A stretch of 64,000 nucleotides of DNA, taken from Felis catus (lineage: Eukaryota). The stretch spans positions 96,474,001-96,538,000 of the forward strand of contig NC_058368.1 in assembly GCF_018350175.1 (NCBI RefSeq), read 5' to 3'. Below are positions 25,721 through 39,086 of the stretch, piece by piece (position 1 is the stretch's first letter; every line of letters begins with the position of its first letter). Both the position numbers and the translations under genes were made by a program. The notes beneath the pieces were generated by a model that saw only the letters and a list, made by a program, of their open reading frames with translations, was not told where the DNA came from and did no database searches.

Positions 25721-25945
25721 GGGCACCTGGGTAGCTCAGTTGGCTAAGCAACCAACTCTTGGTTCCAGCTCAGCTCATGATCTCGCAGTTTCGTGAGTTC
25801 GAGCCCCGCGGTGGTTTGAGCCCCACGTCGGGCTCTGCATTGGTAGCATGAAGCCTGCTTGAGATTCTCTCTCTCCTCTCTCTCTGCCTCTCCCCCACTT
25901 GCACTGTCTCTGCCTCTCTCAAAATAAATAAATAAACTTGAAACA
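25721..25945 (+). mobile_element. Can-SINE with duplicated B-box segment
   Basis: Full SINE; TSD-like AGGCATCA. Confidence 0.95.
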
Positions 25946-26259
25946 AATAAGTAAGGCATCACTTTGCATCTTCCTAGGGGGACCTACACAGAGGTGTCCC
26001 TACAATGGTACATTTACACGGCCTTCTCTTCTGCACAAGCTCCTCTGTCAGTTGTGCCTGACCCTATCATTGGCTGCCATTTCTTTCTGGCATCATCATC
26101 AACTTTTCTGTTGTTGTTGCTCCAACTTCAAATTATTGCCTCATCAGTATCTCTTAATCCTTCTGTGCCTTGGGTTCCCATACATTTGTCGGAAGAGTAA
26201 ATGAAAAAGGGAATGTAAGCCATTCGTCCCAGCACCAAAAGTAAAGGATAAGGAGATGC

Positions 26260-26364
26260 TCCTCCTCCCCCTCCTTCTCCTCTTATTTCATCTTCTACTC
26301 CTCCCCTTCCTTCTCCCTCTTCTTCTTCTCCTCCCTCCTTGTTCTCCTCCTCCTTGTCCTCCTC

Positions 26365-26409
<45 letters not shown>
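26260..26409. repeat. (TCC)-rich pyrimidine tract followed by (CAT)14
   Basis: Seen directly; this explains the poly-M/E ORF at 26128-26472. Confidence 0.95.
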
Positions 26410-26974
26410 AAGTCTTCTTATTCCTCTTCCCTTTACAATATTTTTATATTTCAATATTGAAAATATTAGCATCAGTTCTATCCATTAAGTTCTATAACCA
26501 CCAATGTCCAATTAGGTGTCTCTACCAATAAATTATGTGGAGCAATGGAGTCTCATGGGGGAAGTGGGGAAAAGTAGAAATAGCAAACAGCATACCCTGG
26601 ACAAAATACATTGAAATATTTTCCACAGAATTAACTAGAAAATGAAATGAGGTACTTTTTATAGAAAGCAGTGTCATATTATGATAGTAAAGCATCTCCT
26701 TGCAGAAATAGCCTTCCTTTTGCTGTTTTTATGTTCCTTTGATTTACCGCTCAGATTCTCTCCATAGGCTGAAGCAATCATTGGCATCAGCAATTCTTGT
26801 GTGCACACCCTTCAGTAGAAGCTAACAAGATAGTTTTTGAAAAAAAGCAAGAGAAGAGAATGGAGTTCCAGACAAATGCACACAGGAATTAAAGGAGAAC
26901 TTCCCTAGTGTCACTAAGTGCATATCGGACTTGAGCTTTTAAGCATGGTATTTTCTATCCACTATCCTTCAAGG

Positions 26975-27036
26975 TTTTTTGTTTTGTTTTGTTTTTTGCT
27001 CTTTTTGTTTGTTTGTTTGTTTGTTTGTTTGTTTTT
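26975..27036. repeat. (TTTTG)n/(TTTG)n tract
   Basis: Seen directly. Confidence 0.9.
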
Positions 27037-27529
27037 CAGCAAGGCTCTTGTCACTACAGCGCTGGTTCTGGGCAACCCCAGACAAGGCTGCAAAACTCCT
27101 GAAGTTTATATTTGGCATAAGTATCTTCCAGCTTAATTGCCTCCTCTCTTCTGTGGTCACTTCCTCCTCCTAGGTCTAGCAATTAAGTTCAATAGTCTAT
27201 CTTGGGGAGCACACATTCATTTCTCTTTAAAGTAGAACTTTAGATCAATAAACTACGTTCCTGAATATTTCAAATATAAATTGCCCAAAAGAAAGATTTC
27301 CATTAGTTGTGACGATAGGTCTTGTACACTGTGGCTACTGTCCAGACATCTAACATAAGACCCCCATAGAAGCCACTGGTCATCTCAGTGGACAATGAAA
27401 TTGGTGTCCAACTTGGTTCATGTGATATCTTTAACCTAATTAGCTAGGCATGGTAGAGCACAGATCTTAGCGATGAGGGTAAAAACCACTCTGAAGAAGT
27501 CTAGCGACTATTATTTTTACAAAGATGAA

Positions 27530-28165
27530 GAAGGGTATTTTTGTAGCAGCTTCATTCATAACTTTCAAGACTTGAAAGGAATCAAGATGCCCAGCAATAG
27601 ATGAATGGACAAACAAAACAAAACACAGTGGTATATCCATACCTTGCAACATTATTCAGGGATGAAAAGAAATAAGCTTTGAAGCCATGAAAGTCACAGA
27701 GAAAACTTAAATGAATAGTGCTAAATGAAAGAAGCCAATTTGAAAAGGCTACCTACTGAATAATCCCAAGTATATGACCTTCCAGAAAAGCAAACGATGA
27801 TCAATGGTTGTCAGGGATGCAGGCAGATGGAAAGAAGGATAAGCAGGCAGAACACAGAAGATTTTCAACCAGTTAAACTGCTCTACAGGATGGTGTCAGG
27901 GTGGTGGATACAGGTCATTATGCATTTGTCCAAACCCCCAGAATGTAGAATACCAACAGTAAACCCTAATGTTAACTACAGACTTTAGTCAATAATAATA
28001 TATCAACACTGCCTCATCAATTGCCATAAATGTGCCACACTAGTGCAAGATGTTAATATTAAAACGAAATTAGAGAAGGGAGAGAGTAAAGGGGTATACG
28101 AGGACTCTATACCTCCTGACCAATTTTCTAAAATTGTTCTAAAACATAGTCTATTATTTTTTTAA
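27530..28165 (+). mobile_element. Old L1 3' end (L1MC/MD-like)
   Basis: TTTGTAGCAGCTTCATTCATAA...GATGAATGGACAAACAAA...CATTATGCATTTGTCCAAACCC...AAACCCTAATGTTAACTACAGACTTTAG. Confidence 0.85.
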
Positions 28166-28282
28166 ATGAAGGAAGGAGACAGAATCAAATATATTGTGAG
28201 CAGGAGGGAAATACAAAAGACAACATAAGGTCTATAAAAAATATTACTGAAACACTTTTTTTTCTATGGGCCCAAGTTTCCA

Positions 28283-28494
28283 TTTTTTTTTAATGCTTAT
28301 TTATTTTTGATAGAGAGAGTGAGTGAGAGCAAGTGGGGGAGGGTCAGAGAAAGAGGGAGACACAGAATCCGAAGCAGGCTCCGGGCTCTGAGCTGTCAGC
28401 AGAGAGCCCAACGTAGGGCTCAAACTCACAAACCATGAGATCAGGACCTGAGCTGAAGTCAGATGCTTAGCCGACTGAGCCACCCACACACCCC
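28283..28494 (-). mobile_element. Can-SINE
   Basis: Full reverse SINE. Confidence 0.95.
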
Positions 28495-29769
28495 TGGGTC
28501 CAACTTTATTAATAAAAAGAACTGAATCATGTAATTAATCCAAGTTTTTAAAAAAATGCTGGCAAACACAATGCCCTGCTAGCAGATAAAAATCTGAAAT
28601 CATATCTTAAAATCCTGGCAGCTGTGGACTGAGAACTCTAACAAGAACTGTAATTGTTGACACATTAAGTGTCTGTCTTTCATTAAAAAGAAACAGACAT
28701 TCATTCTCTTATTTGAAAATATAATGGAATTAATAAAGATAATTTTCTGAAATGAAAATATCCAAATGGCACATATTAATCAGATCCAGAAGATAAAAAA
28801 TATCTCTCCTATGTCAAGATTTAAAGAGGGCACTGTTTATTAACAGAGGCATAAACAAAGCAAATCTTTAATTAAAAGTAAAAACAAACAAACAAACAAA
28901 AAACAAGAAAGTCACCACTAAGGAGTGGCCACACTCAGATGAAAAATGCAATCTCCCATCTCCAGTTAAGAGTTATTCTCACCACACCATCAATGGAAAA
29001 TGAGGATGGAAACATTGCACAAGCCTGTGAAAGCGAAGTAAGAGTAGAAAATAGCATTTTGCACAAGGTTTTCATAAAGCAGTAGAGGTCGGGATGGATT
29101 AGAGTGGAGAACAAAAGTCAATCTTGCTAAGCACACACTTGATATTTTCATTAAAAAATTAGAACTTGAAATAAAAGGAGGAGGCTGCATTAAAAAAAAG
29201 ATCTTGAAATAGATACCAGTATTTTTCACCCATGAAGAGATCTGGGAGCTCATGACATTTGGGAATAACAATTTGTCTGCAATGAAAAAAATACCCCAGA
29301 GCTTAAGCAGGCAGTGCCTTTCAAAATGACGTTGAGTCAAGAGAAGTAATAACTTGTAGGAAATGAGAAGTACTCAGAAGACATATTAAGGAAAATCTTT
29401 TATAAGAGAACATAAAAGAGATTTTCTTAGCCAACAGATAGGAGAAATAATATTTAGAGAGAGGGAGAGAGAAGGAATCATATTATTTCCCACAATTTTA
29501 TTCTATAAAGAATGTAATATCATGTAACTCTAGTCTAGCCAAATAAAAACTGCAACTCTAGATAATGTGTACGTAGGAGGGTCTCAGGACTGACAATTAT
29601 GTTGTTGGGTGGGGGTAGAGTAGGTATGAACATGCTTCCTACAGTACAATATACAATGGAAAAAAAATGAATTGCCCATATTAAATAAGTTGTGCCAGTC
29701 ACAAAAATGTTGAAACTCAACTGGTTTATTTACTACCCAAAAAATTAAGGATAAGACTTAAACAGAGGT

Positions 29770-32375
29770 CCAGCTTCCATTTAGAGTACACAAAAGTAGA
29801 AAAGTACTGTAACCACTCTATGAAGAAGAAGCATGAAAATCTACACATCAACCCTTCTTGAACACATCAGGTCAGAGAACAGCCAAACAGAATAAAATCT
29901 CAAAAAGAAGACAGGCATCTTAATGAGAGGGGGGCTCAACACCGGCTTACCTGGAGGAAGACAGCAATGCTGTGTAAACAAGAAGGAAAGCTTCAGCTAA
30001 AAAGAGAATTTCTAAAGACCAAGCGTGAGTCAAGAGAAGAGCATAGAACCCTAGACACTAGGGTAGTTCATAGCCACTTTCAAGCTCTTCTCCTTGACTT
30101 CAAGGATGCTTAAAAAAAAAAAAAAAAAGATGGGACAGAGCAGAAGCCTCCCTGGTGATGCTAAGAGGGAACAGCAAACACTGCTGTAGAAAGACATCAC
30201 AAAGGCGGGTCTAGAACTTTCTTCCTTTAGGAGCAAAAACCTTGAGCATTTCGGGGAAGGACAGCAAAATCTGTCACCCACAGCCCATCTAGTCCATGCA
30301 AAGATTTCACTGTGGCTAGGGCAAGGAATCAGAAAAAAAAAAATCTGTGTCTCTAGGTGAGAGGCAGACAACTATCCTGGACCCAGACTTTCTGGGAGAG
30401 GCAGGGTCACTGAGAAAGTTCCACTCCCCAGAGCAGAAGATGCAGAGACTGCCCAAGACTAAGGATGAAGGAGGATAACAGAGAATGACATCCTGACCTC
30501 TCACCCACAGGCGTACAGCATGGATGAAGGAAGATCAGAAGGTTGCCACCAGCAGAGGAGCAGAAACTTTGAGAGATACTCTTTCTGAAATGCAGGCTCA
30601 TAGGGAAGCTCAAATCTAAAAGGGTACTATGAGTCACCAGAGGAACAAAAAATTCCCAACAGAGCTGATATTTAGCAAGGTTGCAAGATACACACTTAAT
30701 ATACAAACATCACTCTTATTTCTATAAAGTAGCAATGAACAATAGGAAACTGAAATTCTTAAAGATATAGTTTTCAGTAGCATCAAAGAACATTAAACAC
30801 CTAGGTACAAATTAAAGTAGGTACAAGAGCTATAAGCTGCAATCTATAAAACAGTGATGAGAGAATTTACAGAAGATCTGAATAAATGCAGAGTTATCTC
30901 ATCTTCAGTCAACACAAAGTCAGTTAAAATCTAAATGAGTTTTTTTTTCCTGTAGGAATTCAAAAACAAACTCTGAAATTTATTGGGGAAAAGGAAATAA
31001 TTTAGAGTAGGCAAAATCAGTCTGAAAGAGAAGCGTAACCATGGACAATGCAAACTGTATAATCCCCAGACTTACAATGAAGCCACTCTCATCAAGAAAT
31101 TGTAGTATTGGTGAAAAAAGACGCATATATCTAAGTGAATACAAGACAGAGTCATGCAGAGAACAAAGGAGAAATTACTGTGACCTGTGGTTAGACATAC
31201 ACACAAAAAATTTAGAACACGAAAACCATGAAGTACGTAAGAAAAAAATACTTAGATTTCACCAAAAACTGAAAACTTCTCTATTAAGAAAACAAAAAAT
31301 AAAGCTTAGATTAGGGTGATGCCCAGGTGGCTCAGTTGGTTAAACATCCAACTTCGATTCAGGTCATGAACTTTGAGTGTGTGAGTTCGAGCCCCATGTC
31401 AGGCTCTGCGCTGACAGTTCAGAATCTGGAGCCTGCTTCAGATTCTGGTGTCCTTCTCCCTCTGTTCCTCTCCCCCTCGCACTCTCTCAAAAATAAAGAT
31501 TACCAAAAAAAAGTTAAAAAAAATAAAGCCCAGATTGGGAGAAAACATTTATAATGCTCATATCTGATAAAGGACGTTTTTTTCCCAGGCTAACTCTAAA
31601 AACTCAATAATAAGAACAAACAGCCCAATATTAAAAAAGGCTCCAAAGATTTGAACAGCTATGCCACTAAAGAAGATATATGATTATCAAATACGCACGC
31701 ACATGGAAAATATACTCAACAATATTAGTCAGTAGGCAAATACAAATTTAAATCACAATGAGGTGCACCTTTACACATATTAGAATGACTGAAATTAAAA
31801 AAAAAATTGATAATGCCATGTGCTTAAGAAGCTGGGGAGCACCTTAAATGATCATACTTTGCTGGTGAGACTGAACAATATTATATTCACTTGGGACAGT
31901 AGATCGCCAGTGTCTTTTAAAGTAAACCATGTGTTTACAATATGACCCAGGAATTGCCTAGATATCTACCCGCCCAAAATGAAAACATACATTCATTCTT
32001 AGACATGAGTAGTGTAGTGATTTTATCCATAATTATCAAAAACTGGAAAAATGGACGCACCCTTCAACTAGTGAATGGATAAACAAACGATGGCTTATCC
32101 TCACGATGAATTCAACCTCAACAATTGAAAGTGAGAGAAGCTAGACTCCAAAAATACCTATTGTATAATTCTATTTAAATGATAACCCAGGAAAACCACA
32201 ACTCTAAGAACTGAAAACAAATTAGTAGTTGCTGGAAACTGGGGATGGAGGAAGGGTGGTCTCTAAAAGGGCACAAGGGAATTTTCCACATCAAGGAACT
32301 GCCCTATATAGAGAGTATAGTGGTGATTTTATGCTTGTATATGTTTGTCAAAAGTTCATAAAACCGTACAAACTG
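29770..32375 (+). mobile_element. Degenerate old L1: 5'-region-like block (~29770-30650) joined to ORF2 3' half and 3'UTR
   Basis: TTTAGCAAGGTTGCAAGATACA, GAAGATCTGAATAAATG, GATTGGGAGAAAACATTT, ATATGACCCAGGAATT and GTGAATGGATAAACAAA occur in L1 order. The 5' assignment is less sure. Confidence 0.75.
31314..31527 (+). mobile_element. Can-SINE nested in L1
   Basis: TSD-like AAAAATAAAGC...AGATT. Confidence 0.9.
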
Positions 32376-32839
32376 TGGAGAGTAAAAGAATGAGCTGGAA
32401 AAAGGTGAGGTTCCGTGGGACGGTGTCTCCATGCATGTGTGAGGGTTCTAGTCTACTCCATTATAAAAAGGTAAAATAGAAGTAGAAAAAGAATCCTAAT
32501 GAAAATGCAGAATAACCTAGGAGCAGTGGTTTTGCAAGCCATCTAGGGGGAGGCAGTACTCAGAGAATGGAAAGTCTGCAATTAAGATTTCACAAGGAAG
32601 AATCTGGTTTGTCTAAAGCATCCGAAAGCAGATCTCCAAGTTTAGGAATGGGGCCAGGATTTGGGAAACTCACTTTGTAAAAGGTGCAGGTCAAAATGGG
32701 GAACAGTTCTGGGTGTTGAGTGCTGTTATAAGCGTTGTTTTGTTTCTGAGTATGTTTTCTAGTGTTCTAGAAGTTGGTCTGAGGACTCAAACAAAATCTT
32801 TTGAAATTTAATGTTTTATATCTTCATGAAAACATAATC

Positions 32840-33481
32840 AGATATATATTTTTGCACCCATTTCTCCCACCAGTCACTTCCCACTTCTAGCCAGCACCAA
32901 TCTGTTTTTTGTATCTGTGAGCTTTTTGTAAATTCCTTATGAGACCATACAATGTTGGTCTTTCTCGGACTTATTTCGCCTACTATCATTTCCTTAAGTC
33001 CCATCCATGTTGTCACAAATGGCACGATCTCATTCTTTTTATATGGCTAAGTAATATTCCATTGTATATGCACACTGTAATTCCTTTATCCAGTCATGCA
33101 TCAGTGGACACTTAGGTTGTTTCCATATCTTGGCTATTATAAATAATGCTGTAATGAACATGATGATACATCCATGTTTTCAAGTTACTATTTTCGTTTT
33201 CTTCAGATAAATACCCAGAAGTAGAATTTTTGAATCATGTTGTAGTTCCATTTTTAATTTTTTTGAGGAATCTCCACATTATTTTCCACAGTGGATACAC
33301 CAATTTTCATTCCCACCAACAGTGCAAGAGGGTTCCCATTTCTCCACATCCTCACCAACACTTGCTATTTCTTGTCCTTTTTAGTCTAGTCATTCTGACA
33401 TAGGTAAGGTGCTGTCTCCTTGTGGTTTTGATTTGTGTTTCCCTAATGATTAATGATGTCGAGCATCTTTTCATGTATCTG
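32840..33481 (-). mobile_element. L1 3' end (L1MA/carnivore type)
   Basis: CCATCCATGTTGTCACAAATGGCA...GGACACTTAGGTTGTTTCCATATCTTGGCTATT...CATTCCCACCAACAGTG. Confidence 0.92.
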
Positions 33482-34375
33482 AGAAAGTGTCTTCTTTCTC
33501 AGATGATCTTCTGTTTGTCAAAGTGGATTGAGAATTCTTCTTTGGAATTCTTCTGACCCTGCAGCACATTCTTAAGAATATCCATGTATGGACTCAGAAT
33601 TAATGTTGAAAGAGATTTAATGTTCAAAAACAGCTGAGTCAGCTGAAATTAATAATTTGGTGAGTAATGAGTGCATTATCCATTCCACTGTTTAACAAAA
33701 CAAAAGCAAAGTAAAACAACAAAATGGGCCTTCTTATATAATCATAAAGTGAAGCCTATTCTAAAAGGAGAGCTCCCCAGATAGGAGCAAGGGAAGCTTA
33801 GGTGAATAAGTGTGCACTATGCCAAGTTGACTATTTTGAAAGTCAGCTTTTATTTAGATGCATGTGTTGTGCCACGGTCATTATTGTATATATAAACCTC
33901 ATCCATTATAAATATTGGCCAACAGTTATAAAGGAGGGTTTTGTTAGTTTTGATGTGAACAAAAGACATCACCTCTGACTAATTCAACTAGTGATCAGCC
34001 ATAACTCATAGATCCCTCGCACTATGCCCTCCCACAGCCAGGGATTCTCCGATTTACATTTGTGTAGTCTTTGCCCAATTATCCATGCTCATGGAGGAGA
34101 GCAGTGGTGCAAATAATCTCAAATAACAGTTGACATAAATGCATTTAATTTTTGTTTTGGAATAAGCCCATGTTTAGTTTTGCAGAGGACATACCTTCGT
34201 ATTTACAGCTAGCTTCAGCTATGGTCAAAATCAGTATGTGTGTTCTTAAAGGCACTGCCTGAACAGCAAAAAGTCATCCAAGAGCAGTCAGGGCAATAGG
34301 GAGCAGCTGGCTTAGTCGGTGATAGCTGGTCAGTAGCAAAAACTTATGAAGATTAGTTAAAAATGAGAGCTGTTT

Positions 34376-34570
34376 GCACCTGTGTCGCTTGGTCGGTTAA
34401 GCATCCGACTTCAGCTCAGGTCATGAGCTCACGGTCCATGGATTCAAGCCCTGCACTAGGCTCAGAGCCTGGAGCCTGCTTCAGAGTCTGTGTCTCCCTC
34501 TCTCTCTGCCCCTCACTGACTCATGTTCTCTCTCTCACACACACAAAAATAAGCATTAAAAAATGTTTTA
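34376..34570 (+). mobile_element. Can-SINE with small internal deletion
   Basis: TSD-like AAATGA(G/C)AGCTG; lacks TGTGCTGACAGCTC. Confidence 0.9.
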
Positions 34571-35244
34571 AATGACAGCTGCTTTAGGTGGTTTATTAAA
34601 TTTTGTTTTTGCTTGTCTGCTATCAATATGTTTACAGCTTTACATTTTCCCATATGTACATCACAGTCTCCAGGCAAAGTAGAGAATCATTTTTACTAAT
34701 CAAATTTAGAATCAAATTATTAATTAATCCATTCATTCGTTTAATAGAAATATACTGAGCACTAACTGCCTATCGTGACTCTAGATAACAAACACAAAAT
34801 AATAGACAAAACATACCTTAAACTTGCCCTGATACATCCCTTTTTTAAAAGGCTTCCTATTCCTGAAATTGTCTCACCTCTACAATGGTCTCTTTGGGGC
34901 ATCTCTTCACTCTTTCAAACATGGCTGATTTCCATGTGACTGTCTATGTGGCTCCTGAGACATGGCTCCTCCCCAAGGTCTAGGAGTCCAGCCTGGGATC
35001 TGATCTGGGCCAGGTCACCCAGCCAGAATCCTGAACAGAGTTTTGTTTGGTCGTGAAGGGAACCTGCTGCTGACCTGCAGTCAAAGTTGATCTACAGGCA
35101 GCAAAACTACAAGAGTCTAGTTTGAGACCGTGATAACGCTTTTCTTGAAGACATTTCACTTGCACAAACACATTCTTCGCCGTTAGTGTTTAAATCACGT
35201 CGAGGTAGGTTTTCTGTCACTTACTAAGAGAAACCTTCACTGAT

Positions 35245-35341
35245 AGGTCATGATCTCCTGGTTTGGGAGATCTTGCCCCATGAAGGGCTCTGCGCTGACA
35301 GTGTGGAGGCTGTTTGGGAGTCTCTCCCTCTCCTCTCTGCC

Positions 35342-35408
<67 letters not shown>

Positions 35409-35440
35409 AAATAAATAAAAATTAGAGGGAAAAAAAGAAA
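35245..35440 (+). mobile_element. 5'-truncated Can-SINE with long (CT)n
   Basis: Begins AGGTCATGATCTC. Confidence 0.9.
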
Positions 35441-36069
35441 AGAAACTGTAACTGACAACTTCTCATTGCTGGAAACTATTATTGACACCTCAAGAGCCAT
35501 CCTAAAAATGCTCTCCATCCCTCAAACAGTACATTCTGTGGGAAAGGTACTCCTGGGCCCACAGACTGAAAGTGGAATGTGGGCTCTTCCAAGAGCACCG
35601 TGCTGTCACCTTGACCTGAAGCAAGGTGAAATATGCCTGTGCTCCACTGATCTTCAGTGACACTTCCATTGGAACTCTCTTATCAAGCATTGCATTCTAC
35701 TCCATTTTAAGACTATTTCTATGTTTATATTCATCCTTTTTCTGCACTGTTGTCCCTTAATTGAATTGTCTCTGCTGAATTTCATCTGTTTTCTTTTCCA
35801 GCTTGCCTCAGTAATTTTAAATTTTAATGCCAATGTCTCTGCCACCAGACTCTCCATCCAACATAATGTCATTAGAGAACCAAAATAGCTCATTGTCTGT
35901 GTCATAATCCAAGATCAATACTTAAATAGAGGTTATAGTAAAACTCTCAGTAAATTACACATCCGAGTTAGCTGTTTAAATATTTTATTTTCACTTTTGG
36001 TCTCCTGCAAGCAAATCAAAATGGAGAAGAATGAACAAGGCTATTCATATTCATATTCAAACCAGTAAA

Positions 36070-36200
36070 TATGGGTTCCAGGGTCAGAGCCATTAACTTA
36101 CCAGCTATGTGTTTCTTAGCAGGACACTTAATCTTTCTGAGCCTCATGTTACCCATTCAAGACATGGGATTGTCCTAGTACTACTCAGTTTATTTTGTAA
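36070..36200 (+). mobile_element. MIR relic
   Basis: ACTTACCAGCTATGTG...ACACTTAATCTTTCTGAGCCTCA. Confidence 0.7.
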
Positions 36201-36394
36201 GCTATAAAACATCTTATAACTGTAATGCTTTCATCTTTTTATTCAATAGTATTTATTGAACATCTAAGTGTCCGGTCAATGGGAAAGCCATCAGGGATAC
36301 AGAAATAAATGCTGTTGACAAATCCATTAAAGGAAAAAGAGCAAGTAAAGGAAAATTAAAATTCAGAGAGAGGCAGCATGGAAAATGTCTTCAT

Positions 36395-36670
36395 TTGGTA
36401 TCACACAGACTGACTGCTACTCATACATTAAAAAAAATCCATTTCTTCTTCTCATGGTATATATAGCTATACTACATTCCTAAGCCTCACTTGCAAATAG
36501 GTGTGACAGTATGACTGAGTCAGAGGAAATGGAAACCTAAATGGAAGTGGCATGTACATTTGCGAGTCAAATAATTTAAGAGATGGATATACTCAGTCCA
36601 ACAAATTTTCCCCTGTGAACTGATAAACTCAAATGATTATGAAGCCAATAGGGAATGGTAGAACCAGGCA
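36395..36670 (+). mobile_element. MLT1I/J-like MaLR LTR fragment
   Basis: CTACATTCCTAAGCCTCACTTGCAAATAGGTGTGACAGTATGACTGAGT. Confidence 0.55.
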
Positions 36671-36714
36671 TAAGTTAGAGATGTACCAAGTACTATCTCT
36701 GTGATGATGATTCC

Positions 36715-37038
36715 TTTTTTTTTTCAAATTTTTTATTCTAGTTAGTTAACAAACAATGTACCATTGGTTTCAGGACAATAGTGATTCATCACTTACATAT
36801 AATATAACAAATGCCCTCCTATCATCTATTTAACCCATTCCCCACCCCCCCACCCCCGTCCATCAATGCTCAGTTTGTTTTCTATAATTAAGAGTCTCTT
36901 ACGGTTTGCTTCCCTATTTTTTGCTCCCTTCCCCTATGTTCACCTGTTTTATTTCTTAGATTCCACATATGAGTGAAATCATATGGTATTTTTCTTTCTC
37001 TGACTTATTTTGCTTACCATAATATACTGTAGCTCTTC
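36715..37038 (-). mobile_element. Carnivore L1 3'UTR, 5'-truncated
   Basis: TTCTAGTTAGTTAACA...CTCAGTTTGTTTTCTATAATTAAGAGTCTCTTA...ATTCCACATATGAGTGAAATCATATGGTAT. Confidence 0.9.
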
Positions 37039-37089
37039 TATGATGACGGCTCTTAGTTCTTGGCCTTTAGAAGACACTGAAGTCCTGAC

Positions 37090-37454
37090 TCAGTTATCCC
37101 ATTGAATAGTTGACATCCATCCTGGGATGACTAGTAGTCATCTTATACTCAACATGCCCCCCACACTGAGCTCCTTACACTCCTTCCTAAGCTTCCCTTC
37201 TGTCTTTCTATTTCAATTGTTTATGCCAAATTGTACTCTGCACATCAACTCTGCTATATCCTCAAAGTATATGCAGAGTTGAACTACCACTCATCATGTC
37301 ATCACTACTCTCCAGGACAAGCCACTTTTGTCTCACACTGGATTATTATAGAAGCCTGCTAAGTAATCTCTTAATTTCAGCCTTCTACTTCCAACAGAAT
37401 AGCCTCAGCCATTCTCCATTTTCCCTTCCAAGTCCTTCCATGAGTTCCTTTCAC

Positions 37455-37496
<42 letters not shown>

Positions 37497-38030
37497 GCCA
37501 GTTGCATATGGTCTCCACATCATGGGTATATGATGGAGCCTCTCACTATGTTTTTAACCTTTTTTTCTACTGTTTTCCCTTCATTAACTTCTCCAGTTTC
37601 CCTTGTTTTCTTGTAATTCCTCAAGATCTCCAAGTATCCTTATGTCTCAAGGCCTGTGCACTTCATTTCCCTTGTCCCTGATTTGCTTTGCCCCAAGATA
37701 TCTGCATGGCATTCCCTTTACCTTCTTTAGGTCTTTACTCAAAGGTCACTTCTTCAGTGAGATCTTCCCATGCCATCCTATGTAAAATTATAACTCTCAG
37801 ATGGCTGTTATTGTTCTTCCCTGTTTTTTTTCTCCTTTATCACTTTTCACTAGCTAACGTTTTATAAATTTTACTTATTTACTTTATTGTCTGTCCCTTC
37901 TACTAGAATAGAAGTTCTGAGAGGCAGACTTTTGCTTGCTTTGTTAACCTCTGCACCATCAGAACAGAGTGTCATGTCCGGTAGGTAAGAGTAATTTAAT
38001 AAATGTTTGTCATGAAAAAATGACTAAATA
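37090..38030 (+). mobile_element. L2 relic containing (TAA)n at ~37457-37492
   Basis: TCTTTACTCAAAGGTCACTTCTTCAGTGAG...CTAGAATAGAAGTTCTGAGAGGCAG...AATAAATGTTTG. Confidence 0.75.
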
Positions 38031-38596
38031 TGTTTATTGGTTCTTCATCTCGAACTGAGCTCGAAGACTGAATAGCACCTGGCCGGGCAAAGAAGAGAAG
38101 ATGGCAACATGATGCAAAATATATGGATTAAAAAGGCAGCATGGCATATTTGGGAAACCTGACAACAGATGATCATGGTCTGATCTTAATGTACTGTATG
38201 AACAGGGATGATGGAAGAGGCTGAAGACTTAAGCAGAACCTAGATTATGAGGACTTTTTACTTCCTTGTATGCTAAGGACATGAATTTTACTCTAGAGTC
38301 AGCGGGAGTCACTGAAGGACTTTTAGGTAGCAGAGGAAAATTCCAAGAGTTACACATTAGAAAAATTACTCGACAGGATGATGAAAGATGCAGGGGAGGG
38401 AAGCAAGGTCAAGTTAGGGTGAATAATTAAGAAATTGTTGCAGTTATCCTCAATAAAAATGCTAAGAGTATAAAATAATGGGATGTGTTTAAAATATATT
38501 TATGAAGTAGAAACAGCAGTACTTGGTAAGTAATCCAATATAGAGGTTGAGATATAGCAATAAATTTAGGATAATGAATTGGGATGACAATGACCT

Positions 38597-39086
38597 TGTG
38601 AATTTGCTCAGATTTCTTCAGTTGCCTACTAATCTCACTCCCTGGGTTAGTGCTTTACTTGGGAGGCAGCCCGAGTTCCTGACTGTCCATGAAGAGTTCA
38701 AACGATGCAACCTAGCAATGAATTCCTCGTGGTGTGAATAAGGAGCAGGGGGGAATGTGACTCTATGGAGAGATCCAGGCAGATAAATTCCCCCTCTATT
38801 CTACCATCTGTAGATCACTTTGAGGCATGGTTTTATCTTGCAACATGAATGAAGTTCTTCATTCCCAGAGAATACCTTTTTAGGAAAGACGTGCTGTGTC
38901 CCTTTATAGTTTGTTGTGAATCTGGGACCAACAGAGTAAGGTACCACATCACATGGCATCTATCTTTCTTGCTTTGGATTCTTTACATCCACATCCTCAC
39001 ATCCTGGGCTTGAAGTTCTCAAATAAAGTGTTAACACTTCAGTCCTGGTCTCAGGATCCACTCTCTACAGCCCCATGCTAAAGCAC
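38597..39086 (+). mobile_element. ERVL solo LTR (LTR16-like)
   Basis: GGCAGATAAATTCCCCTC...CAAATAAAGTGTTAACACTTCAGTCCTGGTCTCAGG...GCTAAAGCA has an LTR16-type 3' end. Confidence 0.6.

Noticed and set aside
26128..26472. Poly-Met/Glu protein
   Set aside because: It is the translation of (CAT)14 and a TCC-rich tract.
25313..27470. The 68-bp repeat pair as H/ACA snoRNAs (both end ...ACAGAT)
   Set aside because: No correctly placed H box or shared two-hairpin structure, and the second copy folds poorly.
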